Counted from the first letter of the stretch, positions 19,637-32,652 are shown. The stretch is DNA of 64,000 nucleotides from an uncultured Sphingomonadaceae bacterium (GCA_964246315.1 CAXTPT010000011.1:1228-65227); one strand, 5' to 3'. The notes: a model not told the origin generated them from the sequence alone. Translations and numbers: made by a program.

Positions 19637-20769
19637 TGCCAGAACTCCACGGTCGCCGCGGCTTGTGCCGCAATCCCTTCGCTACGCCCGGTGAAGCCGA
19701 GCCGCTCGGTGGTCGTCGCCTTGACGCTGACGCGGGCGATGTCGAGTCCCAAAAGCGCGGCGATGCCGCTCCGCATCGCCGCGCGGTGCGGACCGATCCT
19801 GGGCGCCTCGCAGATCAGGGTCAGGTCGACATGGACGATCCGCCCGCCCTGCGCCGCGATCAGGCCACAGGCATGCGTGACGAACTGGCTCGACCGCGCG
19901 CCGCGCCATTGCGCATCGCCGGGCGGAAAATGACTGCCGATGTCACCCGCCGCGATCGTGCCGAGCAAGGCATCGGTGATCGCGTGCAGCGCGACATCGG
20001 CATCGGAATGCCCGCTCAGGCCGTGGGTGTGCGCGATCTCGACACCGCCGAGCCAGAGCGACTCGCCGGCTTCGAGACGGTGGACGTCGAAGCCGGTGGC
20101 AGTGCGCGATTGCCAGCGGCCGAGAGTGGCCTCGGCGCGGGCGAAGTCGGCCGAACGAGTGAGCTTTTCCAGGGCCGGATCGCCCGCGACGATTGCAACG
20201 TCGATGCCGTGAGCGCGCGCGACCTGCGCGTCGTCGGTTGGCGTGTCGCCCGCCCAGGCGTCGTGCGCCGCGATAATCGCCTCAAGGCGAAAGGCTTGCG
20301 GCGTTTGGACGTGGTAGAGGTTGCTACGGTCGGTTGTCGCTCCCAGCAACGTATCGCCGTGAGCCAGCGTATCGACAACCGGCAGCACCGGGACGGCACC
20401 ATCACAGCCGCCGAGCGCGCTCAACAGCCGATCAACAACCGCGCGCGGCAATAGCGGGCGGGCGGCATCGTGGATCAGCACATGAGTTGCTTCCGACGCC
20501 GCAACCGCCGCCAGGCCGGCGCGCACCGAGTCCCGCCGTTCGGCACCGCCGATCGTCACATTGGCAATTTCGCGGCCAGCCAAAGCGTCGGCCAATTCAG
20601 CTTCCTGTCCCGCACCGATCACGACGTGAACCGACATCCCGCCAAACGCATCGACCGCGCGGGCGATGACGGGCAGGCCGCCCAGATCGCGAAACTGCTT
20701 GGGCACATCGCCGCCGATGCGCGTGCCCTTTCCGGCGGCAACGATCAGGGCGGCGGGGCGGACGGTCAT
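19627..20769 (-). CDS. ispDF: Bifunctional IspD/IspF
   Basis: AAGKGTR..G..PKQF, HDAARP, QTPQAF; GFDVH, GHSDADVALHAITDALLG, KATTTERLGFTGR. Confidence 0.96.
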   Translation of the reverse strand: MTVRPAALIVAAGKGTRIGGDVPKQFRDLGGLPVIARAVDAFGGMSVHVVIGAGQEAELADALAGREIANVTIGGAERRDSVRAGLAAVAASEATHVLIHDAARPLLPRAVVDRLLSALGGCDGAVPVLPVVDTLAHGDTLLGATTDRSNLYHVQTPQAFRLEAIIAAHDAWAGDTPTDDAQVARAHGIDVAIVAGDPALEKLTRSADFARAEATLGRWQSRTATGFDVHRLEAGESLWLGGVEIAHTHGLSGHSDADVALHAITDALLGTIAAGDIGSHFPPGDAQWRGARSSQFVTHACGLIAAQGGRIVHVDLTLICEAPRIGPHRAAMRSGIAALLGLDIARVSVKATTTERLGFTGRSEGIAAQAAATVEFWQWQ

Positions 20770-20788
20770 GCGTTCTTCCCTACTCATT

Positions 20789-20878
20789 CGTCATTTCCGC
20801 GAAAGCGGGAATCCATCGGCGGGCCTCGCCTCCTATTGAGACGACAGCAGATGGACCCCCGCCTGCGCGGGGGTGACG
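20789..20878. repeat. CGTC-type REP doublet (GTCAYYCCCGCG.A.GCGGG class)
   Basis: CGTCATTTCCGCGAAAGCGGGAATCCAT ... ATGGACCCCCGCCTGCGCGGGGGTGACG. Confidence 0.85.
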
Positions 20879-20912
20879 ATGTTCGGTGTACGGTACGGTG
20901 GACTTCACCATC

Positions 20913-20929
20913 TGCCTAAATTATGGGCA
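20913..20929. promoter_or_regulatory. NtrC-type binding palindrome over the dusB-ntrBC promoter
   Basis: TGCCTAAATTATGGGCA (17 bp, TGC-N11-GCA, AT-rich centre) overlapping the putative -10 TATGGG. Confidence 0.65.
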
Positions 20930-20933
20930 ATCC

Positions 20934-21932
20934 GTGCCCCGAATTGAGCCTATCCAGATCGGCCCGGTCCGCATCGCCGCGCCGGTGATCCTCGCGCCGA
21001 TGACCGGCGTGACCGACATGCCGTTCCGCACGCTGGTCCGCCGCTTCGGATCGGGCCTCAACGTGACCGAGATGATCGCCAGCCCGGCAATGATCCGGCA
21101 GACGCGCCAGTCGCTGCAAAAGGCGGCTTGGGCGCCGAGCGAAGAGCCGGTGTCGATGCAGCTCGCCGGGTGCGATCCGTCCGAGATGGCCGAAGCGGCC
21201 AAGCTCAATGCAGATCGCGGCGCGGCGATCATCGACATCAACATGGGCTGCCCGGTGAAGAAGGTGGTCAATGGCGACGCCGGATCGGCGCTCATGCGCG
21301 ACCTGCCGCTGGCTGCTTCGCTGATCAAGGCGACGGTCGAAGCGGTCGATGTGCCGGTGACGGTCAAGATGCGGATGGGCTGGGACCATGCCAGCCTCAA
21401 CGCGCCCGAACTGGCGCGCATCGCCGAGGATCTGGGAGCCAAGCTGATCACCGTCCATGGCCGCACGCGCTGCCAGATGTACCGTGACAGCGCCGATTGG
21501 GCGTTCGTCCGCCGGGTCAAGGATGCGGTCAGGCTGCCGGTCATCGTCAATGGCGACATCCTTTCGCCCGAGGATGCGGTGACCGCGCTCGACCAGTCGG
21601 GCGCGGACGGGGTGATGATCGGGCGCGGCGCTTACGGCAAGCCGTGGCTGCTGGCGCAGACCATCGCCCATCTGACCGGCGGCACCCCCCTGCCCGCGCC
21701 GTCGATCGAAGCTCAATACCATCTGATCGCCGAACATTACCGCGCGATGCTCGATCATTATGGCGAGCAGGTCGGCGTCAACATGGCGCGCAAGCATATC
21801 GGCTGGTACACCAAGGGGCTGCCCGGATCGGCCGAGTTCCGCAACGCGGTGAACCAGATCCCCGATGCGCGCGTGGTGCTCGATATGCTGGCGCGCTTCT
21901 ACGAGCCCTGGCTGAGCCGCGCGGCGGCGTGA
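20934..21932 (+). CDS. dusB: tRNA dihydrouridine synthase DusB
   Basis: LAPMTGVTD, IDINMGCP.KKV, VTVKMR.GW, VHGRTR, NGDI, MIGRG. Confidence 0.96.
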   Translation: MPRIEPIQIGPVRIAAPVILAPMTGVTDMPFRTLVRRFGSGLNVTEMIASPAMIRQTRQSLQKAAWAPSEEPVSMQLAGCDPSEMAEAAKLNADRGAAIIDINMGCPVKKVVNGDAGSALMRDLPLAASLIKATVEAVDVPVTVKMRMGWDHASLNAPELARIAEDLGAKLITVHGRTRCQMYRDSADWAFVRRVKDAVRLPVIVNGDILSPEDAVTALDQSGADGVMIGRGAYGKPWLLAQTIAHLTGGTPLPAPSIEAQYHLIAEHYRAMLDHYGEQVGVNMARKHIGWYTKGLPGSAEFRNAVNQIPDARVVLDMLARFYEPWLSRAAA

Positions 21933-22953
21933 GCCTTGCTCCGCCGGCGGCGCTGATCGAGGCGAGCCCGGTCGGGATGCTGCTGACCGACGATGAGGGG
22001 TTTATCAGCTTCGCCAATCCGGCGGCGCAGGCGATCGTCAATCTGAGCGCACGGGCGCTGCTCGATGAGCCCTGTGCCCAGCTTCTCGGCCTGCCCCCCT
22101 CGTTCAGCCGGGCGGTGATGTCGGGGGAGGCGTTGTCGCTGTTCGACATGTCGATCGGCGGGACGCCGGTCGACGTGCATCTGACGCCGCTGGGCGAAGC
22201 GGGCGGCGGGCGGCTGGTATCGCTTTATGGGTCGGGCAGCGCGCGGCCGATCGCCGAGGGGCACGATACCGGGCGGTCGGTGGTCGGGGTCGCGGCGATG
22301 CTGGCGCACGAGATCAAGAACCCGCTGGCGGGCATTCGCGGCGCGGCGCAATTGCTGGAGGGCGGGACCGACGATCCTGGCCGTTTCACGCGGCTGATCA
22401 GGGCCGAGGTCGACCGCATTACGCGGCTGATCGACCGCATGGAGAGCTTTACCGACGACCGCCCGCTCGACCGTGGGCCGCACAATGTTCATGCTATCGT
22501 CGATCACGCGCTCGCCCTGGCCGAGGCGGCGCGGCAGCGCGGCGTGACAGTCGAGCGGCTGTTCGACCCGTCTCTGCCGCCTGTGCTGGTCGATCCCGAC
22601 AGCATGGCGCAGGCATTGCTCAACCTGATCATAAACGCGGTCGAGGCTTCGCCCGAGAACGGCGTGGTTAGTGTCGAGACGCGTTACCGCCACGGCGTCA
22701 GCGCGCTTGGCACGGACGGGCAGCGGCGCAACCTGGGCGTGGAGGTGCGCGTGATCGACGAGGGCACGGGCCCGCCGGCCGAGCTGGTCGATCACCTGTT
22801 CCAACCCTTTGTCTCGTCCAAGGCGACGGGGCGCGGCATCGGCCTGGCGCTGGTCGACAAGCTGACCAGCGACAATGGCGGCCGCATCCAGTTTTCGCGC
22901 GAAGGCCTGCCGCCGCGCACCGTGTTCCGCCTGCTGCTCGAGGTCGCGCCGCA

Positions 22954-22957
<4 letters not shown>
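21929..22957 (+). CDS. ntrB: Nitrogen regulation histidine kinase NtrB
   Basis: PAS-like N-terminus, LAHEIKNPLAGIRGAAQLL, N-box, GRGIGL; dusB-ntrB-ntrC synteny. Confidence 0.9.
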
Positions 22958-24354
<1,397 letters not shown>

Positions 24355-24427
24355 CGTCGGGCATCGGCGCGAACGAGGGCATCCCGGCGTCCCGGAATGC
24401 CTTCGCCGGATCGTTCGCGAACCCGGC

Positions 24428-25345
24428 CTAGTGCGCCGGATTCTCCTGGAGGTTTTCGCCCGGACCGGTCTTTACGCCATGCTGGCCGCCGGCCGACTTC
24501 TTCTTGCCCTTCTTGTCTGCCCAGATGCCCTGGTACGAGAAATAGGCAAAGCCAGTGCCAATCAGCAGGAAGATCAGTGCCGCCCAGCCGGTGCGGTGAC
24601 GCTGTTCCAGCTTGGGTTCGGCCGCCCACATCAGAAACGCCGCCACATCCTTGGCCATCTGGTCAACCGTCGCCTTGGGATTGCCCGGGGCGTAGGTTAC
24701 CTGCCCGTCGGTCAGCGGCGGAGCCATCGCCAGGTTTAGGTTCGGGAAGTACGGGTTGTAGTGCAGCCCCTCGGGCGTCTTCGCGTCGGGGAAACGCTTG
24801 AGCAGTTCCGCCGGCTGATCCTGATAGCTGGTCAGCAATTCATAGATGTAATGCGGGCCGCCTTCGCGCGCCTTGGCCAGCAGCGACTGATCCGGCGGCA
24901 GCGCATTGTTGTTGCCGGCGCGCGCGGCGATTTCGTTGGGATAGGGCGACGGGAAATAATCCGAGGGCAATCCCTTGCGCGTCGCCGGCTCGCCGGTCTC
25001 CGGGTTCAGCGACGGCACGTCCTTCGACTTGGCCAGCGCCTTTACCTGCGCCGGCGAGAAACCGATGCCTTCGAGATCGCGGAACGCCACCAGCTTCATC
25101 GAGTGGCAGGCCGAGCAAACCTCGGCATAGACCTGATACCCGCGCTGCAGCTGCTGGCGGTCATATTTGCCCAGCGGCCCGTCGAACGAGAAGCTGACAG
25201 GCTTTTCGGGGCGATGATGTTCGACCCACTCGACCGCGGTTTCGGGCGCCGGCTCGCTCACCGCGCCGATGATCGTACCGATCAGCGAGAAGATGAGAGC
25301 CGCGACGAACCCCAGGCCGACGAGAGCGCCGATCGGACGAACCAT
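24428..25345 (-). CDS. petC: Cytochrome c1
   Basis: QRG.QVY.EVCSACH, PPD.S, M.PPL, FL.WAAEP. Confidence 0.96.
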   Translation of the reverse strand: MVRPIGALVGLGFVAALIFSLIGTIIGAVSEPAPETAVEWVEHHRPEKPVSFSFDGPLGKYDRQQLQRGYQVYAEVCSACHSMKLVAFRDLEGIGFSPAQVKALAKSKDVPSLNPETGEPATRKGLPSDYFPSPYPNEIAARAGNNNALPPDQSLLAKAREGGPHYIYELLTSYQDQPAELLKRFPDAKTPEGLHYNPYFPNLNLAMAPPLTDGQVTYAPGNPKATVDQMAKDVAAFLMWAAEPKLEQRHRTGWAALIFLLIGTGFAYFSYQGIWADKKGKKKSAGGQHGVKTGPGENLQENPAH

Positions 25346-25359
25346 TGTCTTCTACCCTC

Positions 25360-26667
25360 TTATTCGGCCGGGACCGCGACGGGAGCCGCAATGCCGTAAG
25401 GCGCCGATTCTGCGGCTTCGCCATGCAACACGCTGTCGCTGATCGAGCTGGGCAGCGGCAACGGACGTTCGATCATCGACACCAGCGGCAGGATCAGCAG
25501 GAAGTGCGCGAAATAATACATCGTGCTGATCTGGGAAACGATCACCACGGTGTTCGACGGGTGCGCGCCGCCGCAATAGCCGAGCACGATCACATCGACG
25601 ACCAGCACCCAGAAGAACTTCTTGTACAGCGGGCGATAGTTCGACGAGCGCACCGGCGAGCGGTCGAGCCAGGGCAGAAAGAACATCAGCAGGATCGAGC
25701 CGAACATTGCCAGCACGCCCCACAGCTTCGCCGGAACCCACAGGAAGTTCGCGGTGAACGACTTGAGGATCGCGTAGAACGGCAGGAAATACCATTCGGG
25801 CACGATATGCGCCGGAGTCGAAAGCGGATTGGCGGCGATGTAATTGTCCGGATGGCCCAGATAATTGGGCGCGAAGAACAGGAGCGCGGCGAACACGATC
25901 AGGAAGACGCCGAGGCCGAAGCCGTCCTTCGCGGTGTAATAGGGATGAAACGGCACGGTGTCCTGCGGCCCCTTCACTTCCACGCCGGTCGGGTTCGACG
26001 AGCCCGGAATATGCAGCGCCCAGATGTGCAGGATGATCACCCCCATGATCACGAACGGCAGCAGATAGTGCAGCGAGAAGAAGCGGTTGAGCGCCGCGGC
26101 ATCGGGTGCGAAACCGCCGAGCAGCCACACGCGGATACCCTCGCCGACGACCGGCAGCGCCGAGAAGAAGCCGGTGATGACCTGCGCGCCCCAGAAGCTC
26201 ATCTGACCCCAGGGCAGCACATAGCCCATGAACGCGGTCGCCATCGTCAGCAGGAAGATCACCACGCCAAGCAGCCAAACGACTTCACGCGGCGGCTTGT
26301 ACGAACCGTAATAAAGCCCGCGGAAAATATGCGTGTAGAGCACGATGAAGAACATCGAGGCGCCGGTGGCGTGCGTGTACCGCAGGAACCAGCCGGCGTT
26401 CACGTCGCGCATGATGTGCTCGACCGAGTTGAACGCCACGCCGGCATCGGCGCGGTAATGCATCGCCAGCACGACGCCGGTGATGATCTGGATCACCAGC
26501 GCCACGCCCGACAGGACGCCAAAGTTCCAGAAATAATTGAGATTGCGCGGCACCGGATAGCCCGCGCCGATCGCATTGTAGACGAGGCGCGGCAGCGGCA
26601 GCTTCTCGTCCAGATAGCGCATCAGGGGATGCTTCGGCGCGTAATTCTCGGCCCAGGGAAAGCTCAT
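25360..26667 (-). CDS. petB: Cytochrome b
   Basis: [49 protein letters not shown]. Confidence 0.97.
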   Translation of the reverse strand: MSFPWAENYAPKHPLMRYLDEKLPLPRLVYNAIGAGYPVPRNLNYFWNFGVLSGVALVIQIITGVVLAMHYRADAGVAFNSVEHIMRDVNAGWFLRYTHATGASMFFIVLYTHIFRGLYYGSYKPPREVVWLLGVVIFLLTMATAFMGYVLPWGQMSFWGAQVITGFFSALPVVGEGIRVWLLGGFAPDAAALNRFFSLHYLLPFVIMGVIILHIWALHIPGSSNPTGVEVKGPQDTVPFHPYYTAKDGFGLGVFLIVFAALLFFAPNYLGHPDNYIAANPLSTPAHIVPEWYFLPFYAILKSFTANFLWVPAKLWGVLAMFGSILLMFFLPWLDRSPVRSSNYRPLYKKFFWVLVVDVIVLGYCGGAHPSNTVVIVSQISTMYYFAHFLLILPLVSMIERPLPLPSSISDSVLHGEAAESAPYGIAAPVAVPAE

Positions 26668-27239
26668 GCCTTCGCTCCGACTTCGATGGTGGTATCGGTG
26701 CGGAAGACATAGTCCGGCACCTGAAGGTTCTTTGGCGCGGGGCCTTTGCGGATGCGCGCGGCGGTGTCGTAGGCCGAGCCGTGGCACGGGCAGAAATAGC
26801 CGCCGAACTCGCCCTTGTTCTCGCCCTCGCCCGCGCCCAGCGGCACGCAGCCGAGATGGGTGCACACGCCCATCGTGATCAGCCACTGGCTCTTGCCCGG
26901 CTTGGTGCGCTCGGCCAGCGTCTGCGGATCGCGCAGATCGCCAACCGGCACGGCGTTGGCCTTGGTGATCTCGTCGGGCGTCAGGTGACGCACGAACAGG
27001 GGCGACTTGCGATAGACCGCCTTGATCGCCTGGCCGGGCAGGATCTTGGACAGATCGACCTCGGTAGTGGCTTCGGCCAGCACGTCTGCCGACGGCGCCA
27101 TTTGCAGCACCAGCGGCGCCACCACCGCGACCGCGCCGACGCCTGCAAAGGCGACCGCGCCGATATTGATGAAGTCACGACGGCGGACCTCTGCCTCCGG
27201 GGCCATCGCCTCCACCGCTTCGACCGGCGCTTGCGCCAT
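26664..27239 (-). CDS. petA: Rieske iron-sulfur subunit
   Basis: Tat-like RRRDF, CTHLGC, CPCHGS. Confidence 0.97.
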   Translation of the reverse strand: MAQAPVEAVEAMAPEAEVRRRDFINIGAVAFAGVGAVAVVAPLVLQMAPSADVLAEATTEVDLSKILPGQAIKAVYRKSPLFVRHLTPDEITKANAVPVGDLRDPQTLAERTKPGKSQWLITMGVCTHLGCVPLGAGEGENKGEFGGYFCPCHGSAYDTAARIRKGPAPKNLQVPDYVFRTDTTIEVGAKA

Positions 27240-27370
27240 AGATGCCTGTCCCTGAATACGAAAGCGCCCCTTGGCGGGGCTCACGGCCTGATAGCGTTTG
27301 CCGCCGTTCATGCAAACGTCATTTTGGCGCCCGGGTTGCGGCGTGGCCCCGCCCCCGCCACAAAGTCGCG

Positions 27371-27820
27371 GTGCGCATCGCCTTGTATCAACCCGAAATT
27401 GCCGGAAATGTTGGTGCGGTGTTACGCATTGCCGCCTGCTTCGGCGTGGCGGTCGATGTGATCGAGCCGACCGGCTTTGTTTTCTCCGACGCCAAGCTGA
27501 AGCGTGCGGGGATGGACTACATCGACCGCGTGGATATGACCCGCCACCGCAGCTGGGATGCGTTTCGCGAGACTTCGCCCCGGCCGCCGGTGCTGCTGAC
27601 CACGCATGGGAGTGAGGATTTGTACGCCCATCATTTCGACAAGGACGATATCTTGCTGTTCGGACGGGAAAGCGGGGGAGTGCCGCGGGGCGTGGATGAA
27701 CTTTGTGCGGCCCGGGTGCGCATTCCGATCGCCGCGGGCAGCCGCTCGCTCAACCTGTCGGTCGCTTGCGGCATCGCCCTGACAGAGGCGCTGCGGCAGA
27801 CGGGCGGGCTGCCATGCTGA
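27371..27820 (+). CDS. trmL: tRNA (cytidine(34)-2'-O)-methyltransferase
   Basis: [30 protein letters not shown]. Confidence 0.92.
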   Translation: MRIALYQPEIAGNVGAVLRIAACFGVAVDVIEPTGFVFSDAKLKRAGMDYIDRVDMTRHRSWDAFRETSPRPPVLLTTHGSEDLYAHHFDKDDILLFGRESGGVPRGVDELCAARVRIPIAAGSRSLNLSVACGIALTEALRQTGGLPC

Positions 27821-28656
27821 CGCTTGACCGCGAACAGCAACAGGCGCGCCACTGGTTCGAAACTCTGCGCGACCGGATCTGCGCTGAATTCGAAGCGATC
27901 GAAGTCGAGGCCGGCAGCGATTCGCGCTTCGCCTATACCCCCTGGTTCCGCGACGACGACACCAGCGGCGCGTCGGGCGGCGGGGTGATGGGCACCATGA
28001 AGGGTCGCGTGTTCGAAAAGGTCGGCGTCAACGTGTCGACCGTCGGCGGGGAATTCGCGCCCGACTTCGCCAAGACGGTGAACGGCGCGGGCGAGGATCC
28101 GCGCTTCTTCGCGACGGGCATCAGCCTAGTCGCGCACATGGCCAATCCGCACGTCCCCGCCGTCCACATGAACTGCCGGTTCCTGCGGACAACCAAGCAA
28201 TGGTTCGGCGGCGGGGCGGACCTTAACCCGCCGATCCCCTATCAGCAGGATACGGCCGATTTTCACGCGCGGTTCAAGGCGGCGTGCGATGCGCACGACC
28301 CGGACTATTACCCGCGCTTCAAGGCATGGGCGGACGAGTATTTCTACCTGCCGCACCGCAAGGTGCACCGCGGTGTCGGCGGCATCTTCTTCGACCATCT
28401 GGAGAGCGGCTTTGCCAGCGATCTGGCATTCGTCCGCGATGTCGGCGAGGCGTTCCTCGATATCTACCCAGCGCTGGTGCGGCGGCGAATGGCGGCGGCG
28501 TTCGACGATGCGGATCGCGCGCGGCAGCTCGAATGGCGCGGGCGCTATGCCGAATTCAACCTCGTGTACGACCGGGGGACCTTGTTCGGGCTGAAGACCG
28601 GCGGCAACATCGATGCGATCCTGATGAGCCTGCCGCCGCTGGCCACGTGGAGCTAG
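27814..28656 (+). CDS. hemF: Oxygen-dependent coproporphyrinogen III oxidase
   Basis: FEKVGVNVS, HMANPHVP.VHMN.R, WFGGG.DL.P, RGVGGIFFD, RGRYAEFNLVYDRGT.FGL. Confidence 0.97.
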   Translation: MLTLDREQQQARHWFETLRDRICAEFEAIEVEAGSDSRFAYTPWFRDDDTSGASGGGVMGTMKGRVFEKVGVNVSTVGGEFAPDFAKTVNGAGEDPRFFATGISLVAHMANPHVPAVHMNCRFLRTTKQWFGGGADLNPPIPYQQDTADFHARFKAACDAHDPDYYPRFKAWADEYFYLPHRKVHRGVGGIFFDHLESGFASDLAFVRDVGEAFLDIYPALVRRRMAAAFDDADRARQLEWRGRYAEFNLVYDRGTLFGLKTGGNIDAILMSLPPLATWS

Positions 28657-28657
28657 G

Positions 28658-29458
28658 CTAGGCGGCGGCGCGACGGTAAAAGATCGCCAGGAACAGCGTC
28701 ACGACGGTCTGGAACGCCGCCGAGACCAGCGCGACGAGCAGCGCCGGCACCAATTGCGCGACCGCCGGCGAGCCCAGGCTGCGCCCGATGATGAGGAACA
28801 GCGAGCCAAGCCCCGTGGCAAGCGCCCAATCGACCAATTGGATCACGATCAGCGCGAGGAGGACCAGCCCGAATATTGCCCAGAATTTGCCGCGCGTCGC
28901 GTGCCAGCTTGCCTTGAACGCGGTCACCGGCCGGCCCAGATCGACCAGCGCCGCTTTCCACAGCAGCAGGCGGACGAACAGGAACAGGCACGCAAGCGCC
29001 AGCGCGGTCATGTACAGCCCGGCCCAGGCCGGCAGGGTGGCGCTGAGGGCTTGCATCTTGGTCTGATCGGCAAGCAGCACCGATAGCTGGTCAAGCGAAT
29101 AGCCGGTCTTCATCAGCGCGAGCAGGATCGGCGCGGCCAGCAGCGTGAATAGGAGGCCGACGAGGAAATAGACCAAAACCGCCCAGGGCAGCCGCCGCAG
29201 GCCGATCGCCAAGGCGTCACGCACCGATCGTCCCGCGCCGCGGGTCAGGTCGATCAGCGCAAGCTGACCGGCGACGCTCCACGATCCGGCCAGCAGCAGC
29301 AGCAGCCCGCGCACGCCCTGCGGCAGGAAAAAGGCCGCCGCGAGCAGCACCACCGCCGCGAGATAGATCGTCCCCAGCGCCAAAGGCACTACCAACGCCC
29401 GCTCTGCCCGGATGAAGGCAAGCGTTTCGTCCCACACGGCGTTGACGCTGACCTTCAT
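28658..29458 (-). CDS. Hypothetical integral membrane protein
   Basis: About six hydrophobic segments, SW.ATRG.FW motif. Confidence 0.75.
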   Translation of the reverse strand: MKVSVNAVWDETLAFIRAERALVVPLALGTIYLAAVVLLAAAFFLPQGVRGLLLLLAGSWSVAGQLALIDLTRGAGRSVRDALAIGLRRLPWAVLVYFLVGLLFTLLAAPILLALMKTGYSLDQLSVLLADQTKMQALSATLPAWAGLYMTALALACLFLFVRLLLWKAALVDLGRPVTAFKASWHATRGKFWAIFGLVLLALIVIQLVDWALATGLGSLFLIIGRSLGSPAVAQLVPALLVALVSAAFQTVVTLFLAIFYRRAAA

Positions 29459-29521
29459 AACATCTCCCATGACGGCACCGGTCTAGCCGCCGCCCGGCGC
29501 GGGTGGCAAGGAACGCGCGTG

Positions 29522-30172
29522 ATGGCAGACGACATCGAATGGCGCGTCAGCGACGGGCAGGTCGACTATGCCGAGGCGCTCGCCTGGATGGAGGCGCGCG
29601 CCTCGGCCATCGCGGCGGGCGAAGCGCGCGAGTGCATCTGGCTGCTCGAACATCCGCCGGTCTATACCGCCGGAACCAGCGCCGCGGCGGACGAGCTGCT
29701 CGATCCGCGCTTTCCGGTGGTCAGCGCGGGACGCGGCGGGCGCTATACCTATCACGGCCCCGGCCAGCGGATCGGCTATGTCATGCTCGACCTCGGTCGG
29801 CGCGGGCGCGATGTCCGCTGCTACGTCCACGCGCTGGAAGGCTGGGTGATTCAGGCGCTGCGAACCTTCGGCATCGCCGCGCACCGCGCCGTAGGACGCA
29901 TCGGCATCTGGACCGTCACGCCCGCCGGGGAGGCGAAGATCGGCGCCATCGGCGTACGCGTGCGGCGCTGGGTCACGCTGCATGGCTTTTCGGTCAATCT
30001 CGACCCCGACCTGTCACATTTCGGCGGCATCGTGCCGTGCGGAATTGCCGATCACGGGGTAACGAGCGCCGCGGCACTCGGCGTCGCGATCACACCGGCG
30101 CAGTTCGATGCCGCGCTGGCGGCCGCAATGCCGGAGTTTCTGGCTGCAACCGCGCTGCAACAATGTGCTTGA
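29522..30172 (+). CDS. lipB: Lipoyl(octanoyl) transferase
   Basis: [42 protein letters not shown]. Confidence 0.96.
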   Translation: MADDIEWRVSDGQVDYAEALAWMEARASAIAAGEARECIWLLEHPPVYTAGTSAAADELLDPRFPVVSAGRGGRYTYHGPGQRIGYVMLDLGRRGRDVRCYVHALEGWVIQALRTFGIAAHRAVGRIGIWTVTPAGEAKIGAIGVRVRRWVTLHGFSVNLDPDLSHFGGIVPCGIADHGVTSAAALGVAITPAQFDAALAAAMPEFLAATALQQCA

Positions 30173-30262
30173 GCGGGGCGCAAAGAAAAGCTAATGCCCA
30201 CCTCGATTTGGGTATTAAGGCCAGAAGCCGCCCCGGATCCTTTATTCCTCAGGGAGCTTATA

Positions 30263-30529
30263 ATGCGCAAGATTGTCACTCTTTCGATGGTTGCCGCGGC
30301 GGCGCTGGCGGTTTCGGCCTGCAGCAAGACCGAGAACACCAACACGACCGAAGTCAATGTCACGGACGTCAATGCCACCGACGCGATGGCCGGCACGACC
30401 AACGACACGATGACCAACACCGACGCGTCGATGGGCGCCATGGACAACAGCTCGACCACCATGAATACGATGGCGGACAATGGTGCCATGACCTCGACCA
30501 CGACGATGAACAGCTCGAACGCGATGTAA
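30263..30529 (+). CDS. Small Asn/Thr/Met-rich lipoprotein
   Basis: AGGGAG SD, lipobox LAVSAC, low-complexity mature part. Confidence 0.8.
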   Translation: MRKIVTLSMVAAAALAVSACSKTENTNTTEVNVTDVNATDAMAGTTNDTMTNTDASMGAMDNSSTTMNTMADNGAMTSTTTMNSSNAM

Positions 30530-30560
30530 TCTCGCGTTCAGCTTCATTGCTGAACATGGA

Positions 30561-30594
30561 AAGGGCCGTCCGGGCGACCGGGCGGCCCTTTCTT
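30561..30594 (+). terminator. Intrinsic terminator
   Basis: AAGGGCCGTCCGG-GCGA-CCGGGCGGCCCTT followed by TCTT. Confidence 0.8.
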
Positions 30595-30687
30595 GTTGCG
30601 CCGAACCGTGGCGCGCGCGAGTCCGGCCGTGCTGGCCGGACCGGGTCAAAGCGCGTACGGTCCACGCAAGTTATTGGGGATGCTTCG

Positions 30688-31335
30688 TTGGTTCGTTTCC
30701 TTGCTGCCGTGATCATGCTTTCCGCCACCACCCCGGCATCGGCCCAGATCTTCTGGAAATCGCCCGATTATAGCGGCGCGCCGGTAACGTTGGAGGAACA
30801 AGGTATCGGTGTCGCGCTGCCTGGCGCCACCCCCGCCGAGCAGCGCGCCAATCTGGTGTGGCAACTGCGCGCCGGGCTGAACGTCGCCGCCTTGCAGTGC
30901 CAGCGTTTCCCGACGCTCCTGTCGAGGGAGGTGTATGCCGGTATCCTGACCAACCACAAGGACGAGCTGGCCAAGACCTACGCGACCCTCGCCAATTATT
31001 TCAAACGGGTCGAAAAGACGCCCAAGGCCGGCCAGCAGGCGCTCGATCGCTACGGCACCAAGACGTATATCGGCATGTCGACCGTGCAGGGCATTCTCGG
31101 GTTCTGCCAGACCTCGGCCTATGTCGGGCGTTCGGCGTTGTATGCGCCGCGCGGCAGCCTCAACATCGTGGCGATGGAGCGGCTGCGCGAGCTGCGCAAC
31201 AGCCTGTTGCCGGGGCGCGAACAGCAGTTCAATGTCGGTCACAACCCCCCGGTGCCGACATTTCCGAGCCTGGCCAAGCAGTGCTGGAACAAGGCCGACA
31301 ATTACGACCGGCGCTGCGGTCTTTACCCCTATTAA
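30688..31335 (+). CDS. Hypothetical secreted protein
   Basis: TTG start after GGGGA, signal peptide ending ASA, RAGLNVAALQC motif; start uncertain. Confidence 0.7.
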   Translation: MVRFLAAVIMLSATTPASAQIFWKSPDYSGAPVTLEEQGIGVALPGATPAEQRANLVWQLRAGLNVAALQCQRFPTLLSREVYAGILTNHKDELAKTYATLANYFKRVEKTPKAGQQALDRYGTKTYIGMSTVQGILGFCQTSAYVGRSALYAPRGSLNIVAMERLRELRNSLLPGREQQFNVGHNPPVPTFPSLAKQCWNKADNYDRRCGLYPY

Positions 31336-31964
31336 CGCAGCCCCAGCGCCTTGTGCGCTTGCAGCGTCAGGCGCCATTTGGGCCGGTTCATCGCCAGCGC
31401 GATCGCCGCGGCCCTTGCCGCCTCGACCTCCGCGCAGTCCATCGGCTGGACGAGGAAATGGCGGAAGTCGAGCCGTTCGAGCGCGTCGAGATCGATCCCG
31501 TCCTGCGGCCAGACGAGCTTGAGTTCGTCGCCAGCGGTTTGCGCGAGCGGATTGGCGCCTTTGGGACTGATGCACAGCCAGTCGATGCCCGGAGGCGCCA
31601 CGATCGTGCCGTTGCTTTCAACCCCGATCGAAAAGCCACGGGCATGGAGCGCATCGATCAGCGGCCCGTCGAGCTGGAGCATCGGCTCGCCGCCGGTGAT
31701 GACGGTGTAGCGGCCTTCTATCCCCCCACCCCATTCGCGCCCAACCGCATCGGCCAGCGCTTCGGCATCGGCGAACTTGCCACCGCCGCCGCCGTCGGTG
31801 CCGACGAAATCGGTGTCGCAGAACCGGCAGGCGGCCGTGACGCGGTCCTGTTCACGGCCGCTCCACAGATTGCAGCCGGCAAAGCGCATGAATACGGCCC
31901 GCCGGCCGGCTTGCACCCCTTCGCCCTGAAGCGTCAGGAACAGTTCCTTGACCGCGTAGGTCAC
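31332..31964 (-). CDS. queE: 7-carboxy-7-deazaguanine synthase
   Basis: [38 protein letters not shown]. Confidence 0.95.
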   Translation of the reverse strand: MTYAVKELFLTLQGEGVQAGRRAVFMRFAGCNLWSGREQDRVTAACRFCDTDFVGTDGGGGGKFADAEALADAVGREWGGGIEGRYTVITGGEPMLQLDGPLIDALHARGFSIGVESNGTIVAPPGIDWLCISPKGANPLAQTAGDELKLVWPQDGIDLDALERLDFRHFLVQPMDCAEVEAARAAAIALAMNRPKWRLTLQAHKALGLR

Positions 31965-32638
31965 GCGAGCGCGGGGTCGCTCAGGCCCGCCTCGGCATAG
32001 CCCTTCGCGCGCAGCCGGCAGCTGTCGCAGACGCCGCAGGAGCGGCCATCCCGAGGATCGTAGCACGACCAGGTCTGGCCCGCATCGAGCCCGAGGCGCG
32101 CGGCTTCGCGAGCGATATCGGCCTTGGACATGTCGATCAACGGGGTGAGAACCTCGAACCCGCCCTCTTTCGTCGCGACGTCCGCCATGGCCTCGAACGC
32201 CGCGATGAATTCGGGACGGCAATCGGGATAGCCCGAATAATCGAGCGCATTCACCCCGATCGCCAGCCGGGTCGCGCCGACCGCCTCGGCCCAGCCGAGC
32301 GCGAGGCTGAGGAAGATGGTGTTGCGCGCGGGAACATAGGTCACCGGAATGCCGGGCATGACGCCACCATCCGGAACGGCGATCGCATCGTCGGTCAGCG
32401 CCGAACCGCCGAAGCGCGTCAGATCGAGCGGCATGACGACATGACGTTCGGCGCCAAGCATTGCTGCAACCCGCGCCGCGGCTTCGAGTTCGATACGGTG
32501 CCGCTGATTATAATCGATCGTCAGGGCGAAAATGCGGTAGCCCGCCGCACGCGCCAGGCCCCCCACAACCATCGAATCAAGGCCGCCGGAGACGAGCACG
32601 ACGGCGGCAGCGCCGGGATTTGCCTGCTTGAGTTTCAT
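31961..32638 (-). CDS. queC: 7-cyano-7-deazaguanine synthase
   Basis: [44 protein letters not shown]. Confidence 0.96.
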   Translation of the reverse strand: MKLKQANPGAAAVVLVSGGLDSMVVGGLARAAGYRIFALTIDYNQRHRIELEAAARVAAMLGAERHVVMPLDLTRFGGSALTDDAIAVPDGGVMPGIPVTYVPARNTIFLSLALGWAEAVGATRLAIGVNALDYSGYPDCRPEFIAAFEAMADVATKEGGFEVLTPLIDMSKADIAREAARLGLDAGQTWSCYDPRDGRSCGVCDSCRLRAKGYAEAGLSDPALA

Positions 32639-32652
32639 AGGTTCGATCAAAT

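Noticed and set aside
29503-31335. 610-aa ORF spanning lipB to queE
   Set aside because: Chance open frame; it crosses a terminator, and only 30688-31335 has a signal peptide and coding character
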